Shown in pieces: positions 1-7,845 of a stretch of DNA of 64,000 nucleotides. Below the pieces are notes generated by a model. That model was not told the DNA's origin. It saw only the letters and a list, made by a program, of their open reading frames with translations, and searched no databases. Made by a program: the position numbers and the translations under genes. Positions within the stretch are counted from its first letter, which is position 1; each line of letters opens with the position of its first letter. The stretch comes from an uncultured Candidatus Saccharibacteria bacterium. Its GTDB lineage: Bacteria; Patescibacteriota; Minisyncoccia; Sungbacterales; HO2-52-23. Where the stretch lies: assembly GCA_964361495.1 (NCBI GenBank), contig CAYIAH010000001.1:1057-65056 (forward strand), written 5' to 3'.

Positions 1-4
1 AAAA

Positions 5-322
5 ATGACGCCGCTCGATCTTGTGCGCCTTTCGACGAAAATCGCGGGACCCGAGCTCGTTGCAACCAAAATGCATCGCTCGCTTCTTGAAGTGGGGAAA
101 ACGCTTTATTCGTGGCCGCAGCTTGGAGACGCCGCAACTCTTTCGGGTGTTGCGGCGGCATATGCCGCGCGGCGTATCGCGCTTGGCGAGCCGCTTAAAA
201 CCGGAAAAATTGAAATAAATCTTGATGCCATTTTTGATCCCAATTATTATGATCCGCGCAATGCCGCCGCACGCGATGAGGAGCGCCGCGCGTTTCTCAA
301 AACCATCGGACTTGAGACATGA
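5..322 (+). CDS. Hypothetical protein. The frame is open back to the window edge, so this may be the 3' end of a longer gene.
   Basis: ORF track. No recognisable motif. The stop lies 1 nt before the next start (TGA/ATG arrangement). Confidence 0.3.
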   Translation: MTPLDLVRLSTKIAGPELVATKMHRSLLEVGKTLYSWPQLGDAATLSGVAAAYAARRIALGEPLKTGKIEINLDAIFDPNYYDPRNAAARDEERRAFLKTIGLET

Positions 323-1371
323 ATGAAATGTTCTCAAAAATCATTGAAGCGGGAATTCAGGCGCCCTCTGGCGATAACTCGCAGCCATGGGAATTTCGGG
401 TTCGGGAAAATATTATTTCAGTTTTCAATCGGCCAGATCGCGATCTCCCATTTTTTAATTTTGCCCAACGCGGCTCCCACGTTGCGCATGGGGCGCTTCT
501 TGAAAATATGAAAATTGCCGCGCGGCATTTTGGTTATGAAGCATCCCTTACTCTTTTTCCGGAGCCGGAGAATGAACATCACGTTGCCGATGTGATGCTT
601 GTCGCGGGAGAGAGTTCCGGAGAGTCGCTGTATCCATACATTTTTACGCGCGCGACGAATCGCAAAGCATACCTCACCACGCCTTTGAGTCCGTTAGAGA
701 AAGAGGCATTGCTGAAAGCGGGCGATGAAGTCGGCGGCGGGACAGTGCGGTTGGCGGAGGATGGCGAGGCGCGCCGCGCGATTGCCGAAGCATCGGTCGC
801 GAATGAACGCGTGGTGTTGGAGACCCCGGCGCTTCGTCAAATCTTTTTTGATCACGTCGTATGGTCAGAAGAGGAAGAAAAACAAAAACGGACCGGCCTC
901 TATCTGAAAACATTGGAACTCGCGCGGCCGCAGGAGGCGATTTTTTGGTTGTACCGTTTCCCGCGTGCGGCGCGCCTTTTGAACGCGGTGGGTTTCTCGC
1001 GCCTTATTGCCCGCGATAACGCGCGGCTTTATGCGTCATCCGGAGCAATTATCGCGGTCACCACCGAAAGAGATACGCGCCATGATTTTGTGACCGGCGG
1101 CAGGATTATGGAACGGGTGTGGCTTACGGCGGCGCGCCACGGATTACATGTGCACCCGGTCACCGGCGTACTGTTTCTTATGCATCGGATTGCGGCAGGT
1201 GATACCTCGGAGTTGTCAGATGTCTCGGTCGGGCTTCTCTCTCGTGCGCATGAACGCATCCGTTCCACATTCGGGATGCAGCATGGTACAATAGTGATGC
1301 TTTTTCGGGTGGGGAAGGCGGGTGAACCGTCAGCGCGTTCTTCACGCCTCCCGCCACGAATTCTTTCGTGA
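319..1371 (+). CDS. Nitroreductase-family protein with two tandem nitroreductase-like halves
   Basis: N-terminal AGIQAPSGDNSQPWEF is a typical nitroreductase FMN-binding start. The C-terminal half repeats the fold (GAIIAVTTERD...GGRIMERVWLTAARHGLHVHPV). Confidence 0.65.
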   Translation: MNEMFSKIIEAGIQAPSGDNSQPWEFRVRENIISVFNRPDRDLPFFNFAQRGSHVAHGALLENMKIAARHFGYEASLTLFPEPENEHHVADVMLVAGESSGESLYPYIFTRATNRKAYLTTPLSPLEKEALLKAGDEVGGGTVRLAEDGEARRAIAEASVANERVVLETPALRQIFFDHVVWSEEEEKQKRTGLYLKTLELARPQEAIFWLYRFPRAARLLNAVGFSRLIARDNARLYASSGAIIAVTTERDTRHDFVTGGRIMERVWLTAARHGLHVHPVTGVLFLMHRIAAGDTSELSDVSVGLLSRAHERIRSTFGMQHGTIVMLFRVGKAGEPSARSSRLPPRILS

Positions 1372-3005
1372 CTAGTATCTTTGTAAACATTGATCTTCTT
1401 TCGGTCGGGATCGCGGTTGCGTCAACCGCGATTTTCGGCTTCATGGTTTTCTTCAATAACCGGACGAGCGCGACCAATCGCGCGTTTTTACTGTTTGCGG
1501 CCGCGACTATTCTCTGGGGAGTTTTTAATTATTTGAGTTATCAGGCAACTACCTCTATTGCGTTTTGGTTTTTGCGTTTGACGCTTTTCTTCGGCACGAT
1601 GCAGGCCTTTTTCATCTTTCATCTTTTTTATATCTTCCCGCAGGAGGCGGTGAGTTTGAAGAGATGGTACACGTACGGATTGATTCCCGTGACCGCCATC
1701 ACCGCGCTTTTCACCTTGACGCCGTTAGTGCTTCAGGGGGTGAGTCGGGTATTTCCCGATGGCAGGATTGCAGAGGCGGAGAACGGCCCCGGGATTTTTC
1801 TTTTTGGCGCGCTCAATGTAGGACTCGTCGTGAGCGGACTCGTGATTCTCATCAGGAAAATGCGCCGCGCACAAGGTCCGGCAAAGAAACAATTCGGTCT
1901 CGTGCTTGCAGGCGCGCTTGCGATGTTTTCTCTGATTATCATTTTTAATTTCGTGTTTCCGGCATTCTATGGCAATCCGCGTTTCATCCCGCTCGGCGCG
2001 CTTTTTATGTTTCCTTTTATTGCCGCGACCGCATATGCGATTATACGGCACGGGCTTTTTAACGTGCGGGTGGCGGCAACGGAAATTCTTACGCTCATTG
2101 TGATCATAGTGACGTTTTTTGAAGTCATTACTTCAGAGGGATTCGTGGAAACAATGATGAGGGTGGGTATCTTCGGGTTTCTTATCGCGTTCGGGGTTCT
2201 CCTTATCCGGAGCGTCCGGCGGGAGGCGCTCCAGCGCGAACGTCTTGAGATGCTCACCAAGCAGCTCGCGGCCGCAAATGAAGAATTGAAACGGTTGGAC
2301 CGCGCGAAATCTGAATTCCTTTCCCTCGCCTCGCATCAATTGCGCGCGCCGCTGACGATCATCAAAGGGTACGTGTCGCTTGCGCTTGAAGGAACATTGG
2401 GAGATCTCACTGACAAGGCGAAAGAATCTCTTGACAAAGTATTTTTCTCAACGAACCAGCTCGTGAAGCTCGTAAGCGATCTTCTTGATCTTTCGCGAAT
2501 TGAAGCGGGACGCATCCAATATCAGCGTGTCCCCGGCGATTTCACCGCGCTTGCGGACCGCATCGTTGAAGAGATTCGTCCGCGGGCGGAAACGAAAAAC
2601 GTGTCCCTGCGGTTTGAAAATGCGACAGGCGGTCCTTTAGTATTTATGTTTGATCCCGATAAAATTCGCGAAGTCGTGATGAACCTTATTGACAATGCGA
2701 TCAAGTATTCGGATCATGGGACTATTATTGTCCGCGAAGAATATGTCCAAAGCCCGCGAGGCCGCGCATTACGCTTGAGCGTACATGACGAGGGACTCGG
2801 CGTGGCGCCCGAAGACATCCCGAATCTCTTTACCAAGTTTACCCGCACCAAGGAGGCGCGCCTGCGGGATCCCAGCGGTCTCGGAATCGGACTGTATTTT
2901 GTCAAACGCGTCGTGGAGGATCACGGCGGAAACGTGCGGGCCGAATCCAAGGGCATCGGAAAAGGAAGCACCTTCGTCATTGAACTGCCGCTCAGCAAAA
3001 GTTAA
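1368..3005 (+). CDS. Sensor histidine kinase with a 7-8 TM N-terminal domain; no adjacent response regulator
   Basis: About 270 aa of hydrophobic helices. H-box SHQLRAPLTIIKGY, N-box NLIDNAIKYS, G-boxes DEGLGV and GLGIGLYFVKRVVEDHGG. The GTG start overlaps the nitroreductase stop; an alternative ATG lies at 1443. Confidence 0.85.
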   Translation: MTSIFVNIDLLSVGIAVASTAIFGFMVFFNNRTSATNRAFLLFAAATILWGVFNYLSYQATTSIAFWFLRLTLFFGTMQAFFIFHLFYIFPQEAVSLKRWYTYGLIPVTAITALFTLTPLVLQGVSRVFPDGRIAEAENGPGIFLFGALNVGLVVSGLVILIRKMRRAQGPAKKQFGLVLAGALAMFSLIIIFNFVFPAFYGNPRFIPLGALFMFPFIAATAYAIIRHGLFNVRVAATEILTLIVIIVTFFEVITSEGFVETMMRVGIFGFLIAFGVLLIRSVRREALQRERLEMLTKQLAAANEELKRLDRAKSEFLSLASHQLRAPLTIIKGYVSLALEGTLGDLTDKAKESLDKVFFSTNQLVKLVSDLLDLSRIEAGRIQYQRVPGDFTALADRIVEEIRPRAETKNVSLRFENATGGPLVFMFDPDKIREVVMNLIDNAIKYSDHGTIIVREEYVQSPRGRALRLSVHDEGLGVAPEDIPNLFTKFTRTKEARLRDPSGLGIGLYFVKRVVEDHGGNVRAESKGIGKGSTFVIELPLSKS

Positions 3006-3016
3006 AACCTCACATT

Positions 3017-4432
3017 ATGCGTACACTCACAAAAGACCTGCCGCAGAAAATCGGCGAATCAGTGACCCTTATGGGGTGGATTAATGCGCGCCGCAATCAC
3101 GGCAAGCTCATTTTTATTGATGTGCGCGACCGGTGGGGAGTCGCGCAGGTAGTATGCGCTCCGGCGAATAAAGAATTATTTGGAAAGGTTGAGCGCGTGC
3201 GTCCGGAGTGGGTAGTGAGCGTGGAGGGCATGGTCAAGGAGCGGCCAGCGGGCATGCGGAATCCGGACTTTGCCACGGGGGGTATTGAAGTTGAGGCAGT
3301 AGATCTTGAAATTCTTTCGGAAGCAAAGACGCCTCCATTTGCTCTTGACAGCGACGGCTACGAGATCGGGGAAGAGCACCGTCTAAAATATCGGTATCTT
3401 GATCTTCGACGCGCCCGGCTTCAGAAGAATATAGAAATGCGGGATCGTGTCATTGCGTTTTTCCGCGAGTGGCTTCACGCCCGCGATTTTCTGGAAATTG
3501 AAACACCGATTCTTACAAAATCAACTCCCGAAGGCGCGCGCGATTACGTGGTTCCGTCGCGTCTGTACCCGGGCGCGTTTTATGCTTTGCCTCAATCGCC
3601 CCAGCAGTATAAACAATTGTTGATGGTCGCGGGATTTGAGCGGTATTTTCAGATTGCGCGCTGTTTCAGGGATGAAGATACGCGGGGCGACCGGCAGCCG
3701 GAATTTACTCAGCTTGATATTGAGATGAGTTTCGTGGAACAGGAAGACGTGCTGTCGCTTATTGAGGAACTTTACGCGGCGCTCGTTAAAACTCTGTTTC
3801 CGGAAAAACGGATAGCGGCATTTCCTTTTCCGCGGCTCACCTACCAGGAGGCAACGGCGCGGTGGGGCACTGATAAACCGGATTTGCGGACGAATAAAGA
3901 CGATCCGAATGAACTCGCCTTTGCGTTCATTGTTGATTTTCCCATGTTTGAATGGAAAGAACGGGAGCAGCGATGGGATGCGGTGCATCATCCGTTTACG
4001 AAAATCAAAAATCCTTCGCCGGGCAGGCCGCAATCTGAAATCCGAAAAGAAACCGCCGGAATGCTTATTGCCCAGCAGTATGATTTCGTATTGAATGGGT
4101 ATGAGATCGGCGGCGGTTCAATCCGCGAACATGATCCTGCGATCATTGAGGAGGTTTTTAAGGTGATGGGGCATACGGCCGAGGACGTGCGCGCCAAATT
4201 CGGGCATCTGCTTGAAGCGTTTATGCACGGTGTTCCGCCGCACGGCGGGATCGCGCCCGGCATTGACCGCGCGCTCATGATTTTACAGATGGAGCCGAAT
4301 ATCCGCGAAGTGATTGCTTTTCCTAAAACCGGCGATGCACGCGATCTTATGATGGATGCGCCTTCGGCGTTAGAAAAAGAACAGCTTGAAGAACTCCATT
4401 TGGAGATAAAAAAGAGCAAGAGCGGTGATTAG
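3017..4432 (+). CDS. aspS: Aspartyl-tRNA synthetase, bacterial-type catalytic core, short form without the GAD insertion
   Basis: OB anticodon-binding N-terminus. Motifs FYALPQSPQQYKQLLM, FRDEDTRGDRQPEFTQLDIEMSF and a GGGSIREHD motif 3 region. 471 aa versus about 590 for GAD-containing enzymes. Confidence 0.88.
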   Translation: MRTLTKDLPQKIGESVTLMGWINARRNHGKLIFIDVRDRWGVAQVVCAPANKELFGKVERVRPEWVVSVEGMVKERPAGMRNPDFATGGIEVEAVDLEILSEAKTPPFALDSDGYEIGEEHRLKYRYLDLRRARLQKNIEMRDRVIAFFREWLHARDFLEIETPILTKSTPEGARDYVVPSRLYPGAFYALPQSPQQYKQLLMVAGFERYFQIARCFRDEDTRGDRQPEFTQLDIEMSFVEQEDVLSLIEELYAALVKTLFPEKRIAAFPFPRLTYQEATARWGTDKPDLRTNKDDPNELAFAFIVDFPMFEWKEREQRWDAVHHPFTKIKNPSPGRPQSEIRKETAGMLIAQQYDFVLNGYEIGGGSIREHDPAIIEEVFKVMGHTAEDVRAKFGHLLEAFMHGVPPHGGIAPGIDRALMILQMEPNIREVIAFPKTGDARDLMMDAPSALEKEQLEELHLEIKKSKSGD

Positions 4433-4456
4433 GATATTATATGCAACAACGCGTCG

Positions 4457-4613
4457 TTCCCCTCGTCCCGCTTGCAGAGATTCCAGACTTAGTCTAGCAT
4501 ATTCCAGACTAAGTCTGGAATAATTAGACTTAGTCTGGAATGATTGAACTGCGATGCGGAGAAAAGATGGAGTTCGATCCCCACCCATTTACTGTAATAG
4601 GGGACGAGGGGAA
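4457..4613. mobile_element. MITE-like element, 157 bp, bounded by perfect 13-bp terminal inverted repeats (TTCCCCTCGTCCC / GGGACGAGGGGAA) and enclosing three overlapping copies of a 17-19 bp palindrome (TTCCAGACTAAGTCTGGAA)
   Basis: Terminal inverted repeats at 4457-4469 and 4601-4613. Internal palindromes at 4481-4540. A tRNA T-arm-like stretch GGAGTTCGATCCCC at 4568-4583. The same palindrome recurs at 62961-62999. Confidence 0.4.
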
Positions 4614-4645
4614 TCCGCATATACCTATTAATTTTTTTACACGTC

Positions 4646-5566
4646 ATGTCATATACGCGGCTTTCCATTTTGAATGCGATGCTGGTGCTTATGCTGTTCT
4701 TTTTTTCAACAACTATTGATAGTGACCGCGGAATCGCGAGTCCGTCACTTCGTCCTGCAGAAAAAAAAGAAAAAGTTGGTTTGAATGAAGTATCTCGGCG
4801 CCGCGCGCCGCCGGAACTCTCGGCGGAATCGTATGTCGTGAGAATAATCGGGGAAGAAACGCCGCTTTTGAGTCGCCGGTCTGATAAACCGCTCCCGCCC
4901 GCAAGTTTGACCAAGCTTATGACTGCGGCGATTGCGTTTGAAGGACTTGCGCCGGATCAGCCTATTCTTCTGTCAAGAGATGCGAAGAACGTTGAAGAAA
5001 AAACGAGCGGTGCCGCGGCGGGAGAAGTGTTTTCCCGCGACGGCGCGATTAAAATGGCACTTATTTCTTCGGCGAACGATGCCGCGCTTGCACTCGCCGA
5101 TGAAACGGGCAGAAAACGCGGAGCATATGATTTTTCGTCAGCACTCGCGCGGTTTGTGGAAACAATGAATCAGTATGCGCGCGCGCAGGGACTCCGGGCG
5201 ACCAATTTCGTCAATCCCACGGGTCTTGATATGGAAGGGCATCACGCGAGCGCCGATGACATCGCGCGTCTTATGGAATACTTATGGAATCGCCATCCGC
5301 GCCTTCTCGAATTTTCACGCACCATTGAAACATCAGTTTTATCGCGGCAGGGATATAATCACAAGGTGAGCAATACGAACGACTTGTTAAAAGAATTCCC
5401 GGCGATTCTCGGCAGTAAAACGGGATTCACCGATGCGGCGCAGGGAGCGCTCGCGCTTTGGTATCCGGCATCGGACCGCAGAGTCGCGCTTGTGGTGCTC
5501 CTTGGGTCTCCTGATCGATTTAAAGATGGGAAGAGAGTATTGCGATGGCTTGAAGATGTATTTTAG
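4646..5566 (+). CDS. D-alanyl-D-alanine carboxypeptidase, serine peptidase S11 (PBP5/DacA-like)
   Basis: N-terminal signal/TM segment. SxxK active site in PASLTKLMTAA. SxN-like ISSAND. KTG motif in GSKTGFT. Confidence 0.75.
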   Translation: MSYTRLSILNAMLVLMLFFFSTTIDSDRGIASPSLRPAEKKEKVGLNEVSRRRAPPELSAESYVVRIIGEETPLLSRRSDKPLPPASLTKLMTAAIAFEGLAPDQPILLSRDAKNVEEKTSGAAAGEVFSRDGAIKMALISSANDAALALADETGRKRGAYDFSSALARFVETMNQYARAQGLRATNFVNPTGLDMEGHHASADDIARLMEYLWNRHPRLLEFSRTIETSVLSRQGYNHKVSNTNDLLKEFPAILGSKTGFTDAAQGALALWYPASDRRVALVVLLGSPDRFKDGKRVLRWLEDVF

Positions 5567-5578
5567 GACAGCTTTTCA

Positions 5579-6652
5579 ATGGACATCCCTTTTCTCACCG
5601 TCACTAATGTCGTCAAAATCTTTACGCTCACGGCGTTCTCTTTTATTGCGGCGATTCTGTGGACTCCGCTTCTCACGCACTATCTTTATAAATACAAATT
5701 GTGGCGCAAAGAGGTGCGCGAAATCTCGCCTGACGGGACGAGAACGCCGCTGTTCGCGAAACTGCATAAAGATCGCGAGACGAGCGTCCCGCGGCTCGGC
5801 GGGGTGCTTATTTGGGGAACCGCATTTGGCGTCGCGATGATCCTCTGGGCCATGGCGCAGTTGACCGACAGCCCGTTTTGGGATAAAGCAAATTTTCTCT
5901 CGCGGAATCAGACGTGGCTCCCTCTTTTTACCCTGCTTGCGGCGTCTCTCCTTGGCCTTGCGGATGATCTCTTTCAAGTATTCGGCAAAGGGAAGTATAT
6001 TGCCGGGGGCATTCGTTTCCGGCATCGGCTTCTTGTCGTCGCGCTCATTGCCCTCGCAGGCGCATGGTGGTTTTATTCAAAACTCGGCTGGCAGACGATG
6101 TATATTCCCGGGTACGGCGACCTTTTTATCAACGGATGGTATGTGCCGCTCTTTTTTGCGGTGATGATTCTTCTTTTTTCTTCAAGCGTGGTTGACGGCA
6201 TTGACGGGCTCGCCGGCGGCGTATTTGCATCAATTTTTGCCGCGTACGGCGGCATCGCATTTTTCCGCGGGCAGATTGATCTTGCGGCATTCGCGGCGGC
6301 CGTGCTCGGTGCGCTCCTCGCGTTTTTATGGTTCAACATTCCGCCGGCGCGTTTCTATATGGGCGAGTCGGGGGTCTTGGGGCTTACGACCTCGCTCACC
6401 GTCATCGCGTTTTTGACGGATTCAGTGATGGTGCTTCCGGTCATTGGTTTCGTGCTGATGCTCGAAGTGGCGTCAAATGTAATTCAGTTTGCGTCAAAAC
6501 GATTCTTCGGAAAAAAAGTTTTTTTGATTGCGCCGATCCATCATCATTTTGAAGCGCTCGGCTGGCCGCCTTATAAAGTCACCATGCGATTTTGGGTCAT
6601 CAGTTTTGTTGCGGCGATCATCGGCATGGTGATTGCATTGATCGGGAGGTAA
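5579..6652 (+). CDS. mraY: Phospho-N-acetylmuramoyl-pentapeptide transferase
   Basis: Ten TM helices. Motifs VPRLGGVLIW, LGLADD, VDGIDGLAGG and the C-terminal APIHHHFEALGWPPYKVTMRFWVISF, which matches the MraY signature PIHHHFE..GW.E..V..RFWI. Confidence 0.9.
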   Translation: MDIPFLTVTNVVKIFTLTAFSFIAAILWTPLLTHYLYKYKLWRKEVREISPDGTRTPLFAKLHKDRETSVPRLGGVLIWGTAFGVAMILWAMAQLTDSPFWDKANFLSRNQTWLPLFTLLAASLLGLADDLFQVFGKGKYIAGGIRFRHRLLVVALIALAGAWWFYSKLGWQTMYIPGYGDLFINGWYVPLFFAVMILLFSSSVVDGIDGLAGGVFASIFAAYGGIAFFRGQIDLAAFAAAVLGALLAFLWFNIPPARFYMGESGVLGLTTSLTVIAFLTDSVMVLPVIGFVLMLEVASNVIQFASKRFFGKKVFLIAPIHHHFEALGWPPYKVTMRFWVISFVAAIIGMVIALIGR

Positions 6653-6660
6653 ATGAAGCT

Positions 6661-6780
6661 CCGACCAGCAAGCTGGTCGGTATCAAGCGGAATTCTTCCG
6701 AAGCCGAATACCCTCCTTCGCTAAAGCTTCGGAAGGGTTATTCTCCTTTCACGCCTTCATCCGACCAACAAGTTGGTCGG
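6661..6780. repeat. Compound structured element: two near-identical 20-bp palindromes (CCGACCAGCAAGCTGGTCGG at 6661-6680; CCGACCAACAAGTTGGTCGG at 6761-6780) flanking a third hairpin (CTTCCGAAGC...GCTTCGGAAG, 6695-6735)
   Basis: Read directly. Lies immediately 3' of the mraY stop. The direct repeat TGGTCGGTAT follows both palindromes. Confidence 0.45.
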
Positions 6781-6798
6781 TATTCGGCGAAGGAGAAT

Positions 6799-6827
6799 AA
6801 AAAAACCGCATACGTGTGTGTACGCGG
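6799..6827 (-). terminator. Rho-independent terminator on the minus strand (hairpin CCGCGTACACACACGTATGCGG followed by T8)
   Basis: On the minus strand the hairpin is followed by TTTTTTTT. Lies downstream of the small ORF 6872-7060. A second palindrome AATCCTATTttgAATAGGATT is at 6847-6867. Confidence 0.5.
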
Positions 6828-6871
6828 CACCGGAATGATCCGGATTTAATCCTATTTTGAATAGGATTGAC

Positions 6872-7060
6872 TTAATCCTTTTGTTTCAGGATGAGGAGAC
6901 AAACATCATGCGAAACCCCAAAAACTGTCAGTTGATCGAAAGGAGTTCCGGGAAACTCTCTATGGGCCGCCTCAATGACTTCGAAGATGGTGGCGTCAGA
7001 ATCCCAGATCACTTGTTTCTTATCAAGGTCATCATACTCTACCGTATACTGTTTTGTCAT
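6872..7060 (-). CDS. Small hypothetical protein (62 aa) in a low-GC islet
   Basis: Protein-like composition. GGAG 9 nt upstream of the ATG. Followed by two hairpins including a T-rich terminator. No family recognised. Confidence 0.35.
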   Translation of the reverse strand: MTKQYTVEYDDLDKKQVIWDSDATIFEVIEAAHREFPGTPFDQLTVFGVSHDVCLLILKQKD

Positions 7061-7151
7061 AATCTCATCTCCTTTCTGATTTTGCTCGGTAAACGATAAT
7101 ATACTCTATCTAGTCATATTTGTCAAATAAATGGAGTGGATGCCGGTGACC

Positions 7152-7180
7152 TTGATATGCAGTTCCTATTCGTGTATAAT
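7152..7180 (+). promoter_or_regulatory. Sigma70-like promoter: -35 TTGATA, 17-bp spacer, extended -10 TGTATAAT
   Basis: TTGATA at 7152-7157; TGTATAAT at 7173-7180. Lies 57 nt upstream of the ATG at 7237 with GGAGGAG at 7224-7230. Confidence 0.45.
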
Positions 7181-7236
7181 AGTATAAGGAGGTTCTTTAC
7201 AAACAGGCAGATAAAATTTTGCAGGAGGAGAAAGAC

Positions 7237-7770
7237 ATGTCCGGAATAAAAACAAAATCAGGGCGGCGGAGCATTGCGATCGCGGTGATTATCCTCGGCA
7301 TAGCCGCAGGCATTGCGTGGGCAGGGGAAAATACATTTCAGCCGCTCACCACCGAATTGGAACTTTGGCCCGCAAAACTCTCAATCCTCTCCCAAGTGGA
7401 ATTCATCGATCAGTTGATCAGTAAAGAGCGCATTACATCTCTCACCGAAAAAGATCAAGAACACCTGAGTATCTATCTGTATCTGTATGTATTTGAAAAT
7501 AAAAGCGATACAAAGATCAGGATAACTTTTGCTCACAATCGCATACTCGGCTCGCCTTTATTCCAGCTGGAACAAGATTTCTATCTGACATTGAAACCGC
7601 ATGAGAAAAAGGTCGTCAAGTTTTATGCGACTGGAAAACCGGAAATTATCGCCGCGTCCTTGGTAAATGCATGGTGGCACGAAGGGAAAAAGAAATGGTT
7701 TTACGGCGGAGCTGCGGGCATGGCGCTTTATATACCTCCCCGGAATGCCTTTTTTGAAGAACTGCCCTGA
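7237..7770 (+). CDS. Hypothetical membrane-anchored protein
   Basis: The ORF track starts at TTG 7219; the ATG at 7237 has the better RBS spacing. N-terminal TM segment SIAIAVIILGIAAGIAWA. AT-rich relative to neighbours. Confidence 0.5.
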   Translation: MSGIKTKSGRRSIAIAVIILGIAAGIAWAGENTFQPLTTELELWPAKLSILSQVEFIDQLISKERITSLTEKDQEHLSIYLYLYVFENKSDTKIRITFAHNRILGSPLFQLEQDFYLTLKPHEKKVVKFYATGKPEIIAASLVNAWWHEGKKKWFYGGAAGMALYIPPRNAFFEELP

Positions 7771-7845
7771 TTTCGTCATCCGCACCACGCACCTGCGTGG
7801 CGTTTTCTTGTATTCAAAGATACCGCCGCGTATAATAATAAGTAT

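Noticed and set aside
3521-4033. A 170-aa antisense ORF inside aspS, and similar long antisense ORFs inside uvrA (19954-20529), mreB (23624-24217), atpA and atpG
   Set aside because: They lie wholly inside strongly conserved genes on the opposite strand. They have Arg/Pro-rich low-complexity translations typical of GC-rich antisense frames, and no start or RBS context.
4481-4540. Tandem palindromic units that could suggest a CRISPR array
   Set aside because: The units overlap or abut with no unique spacers of regular length. Each unit is self-complementary, and the block is framed by terminal inverted repeats. This fits a MITE or operator cluster, not CRISPR.
4560-4592. tRNA-like T-arm (GGAGTTCGATCCCC) followed by an ACCCATTTA acceptor-like tail
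   Set aside because: No complementary 5' acceptor strand, D-arm or anticodon arm lies within 90 nt upstream. Treated as at most a tRNA 3' fragment or att-site remnant, not a tRNA gene.
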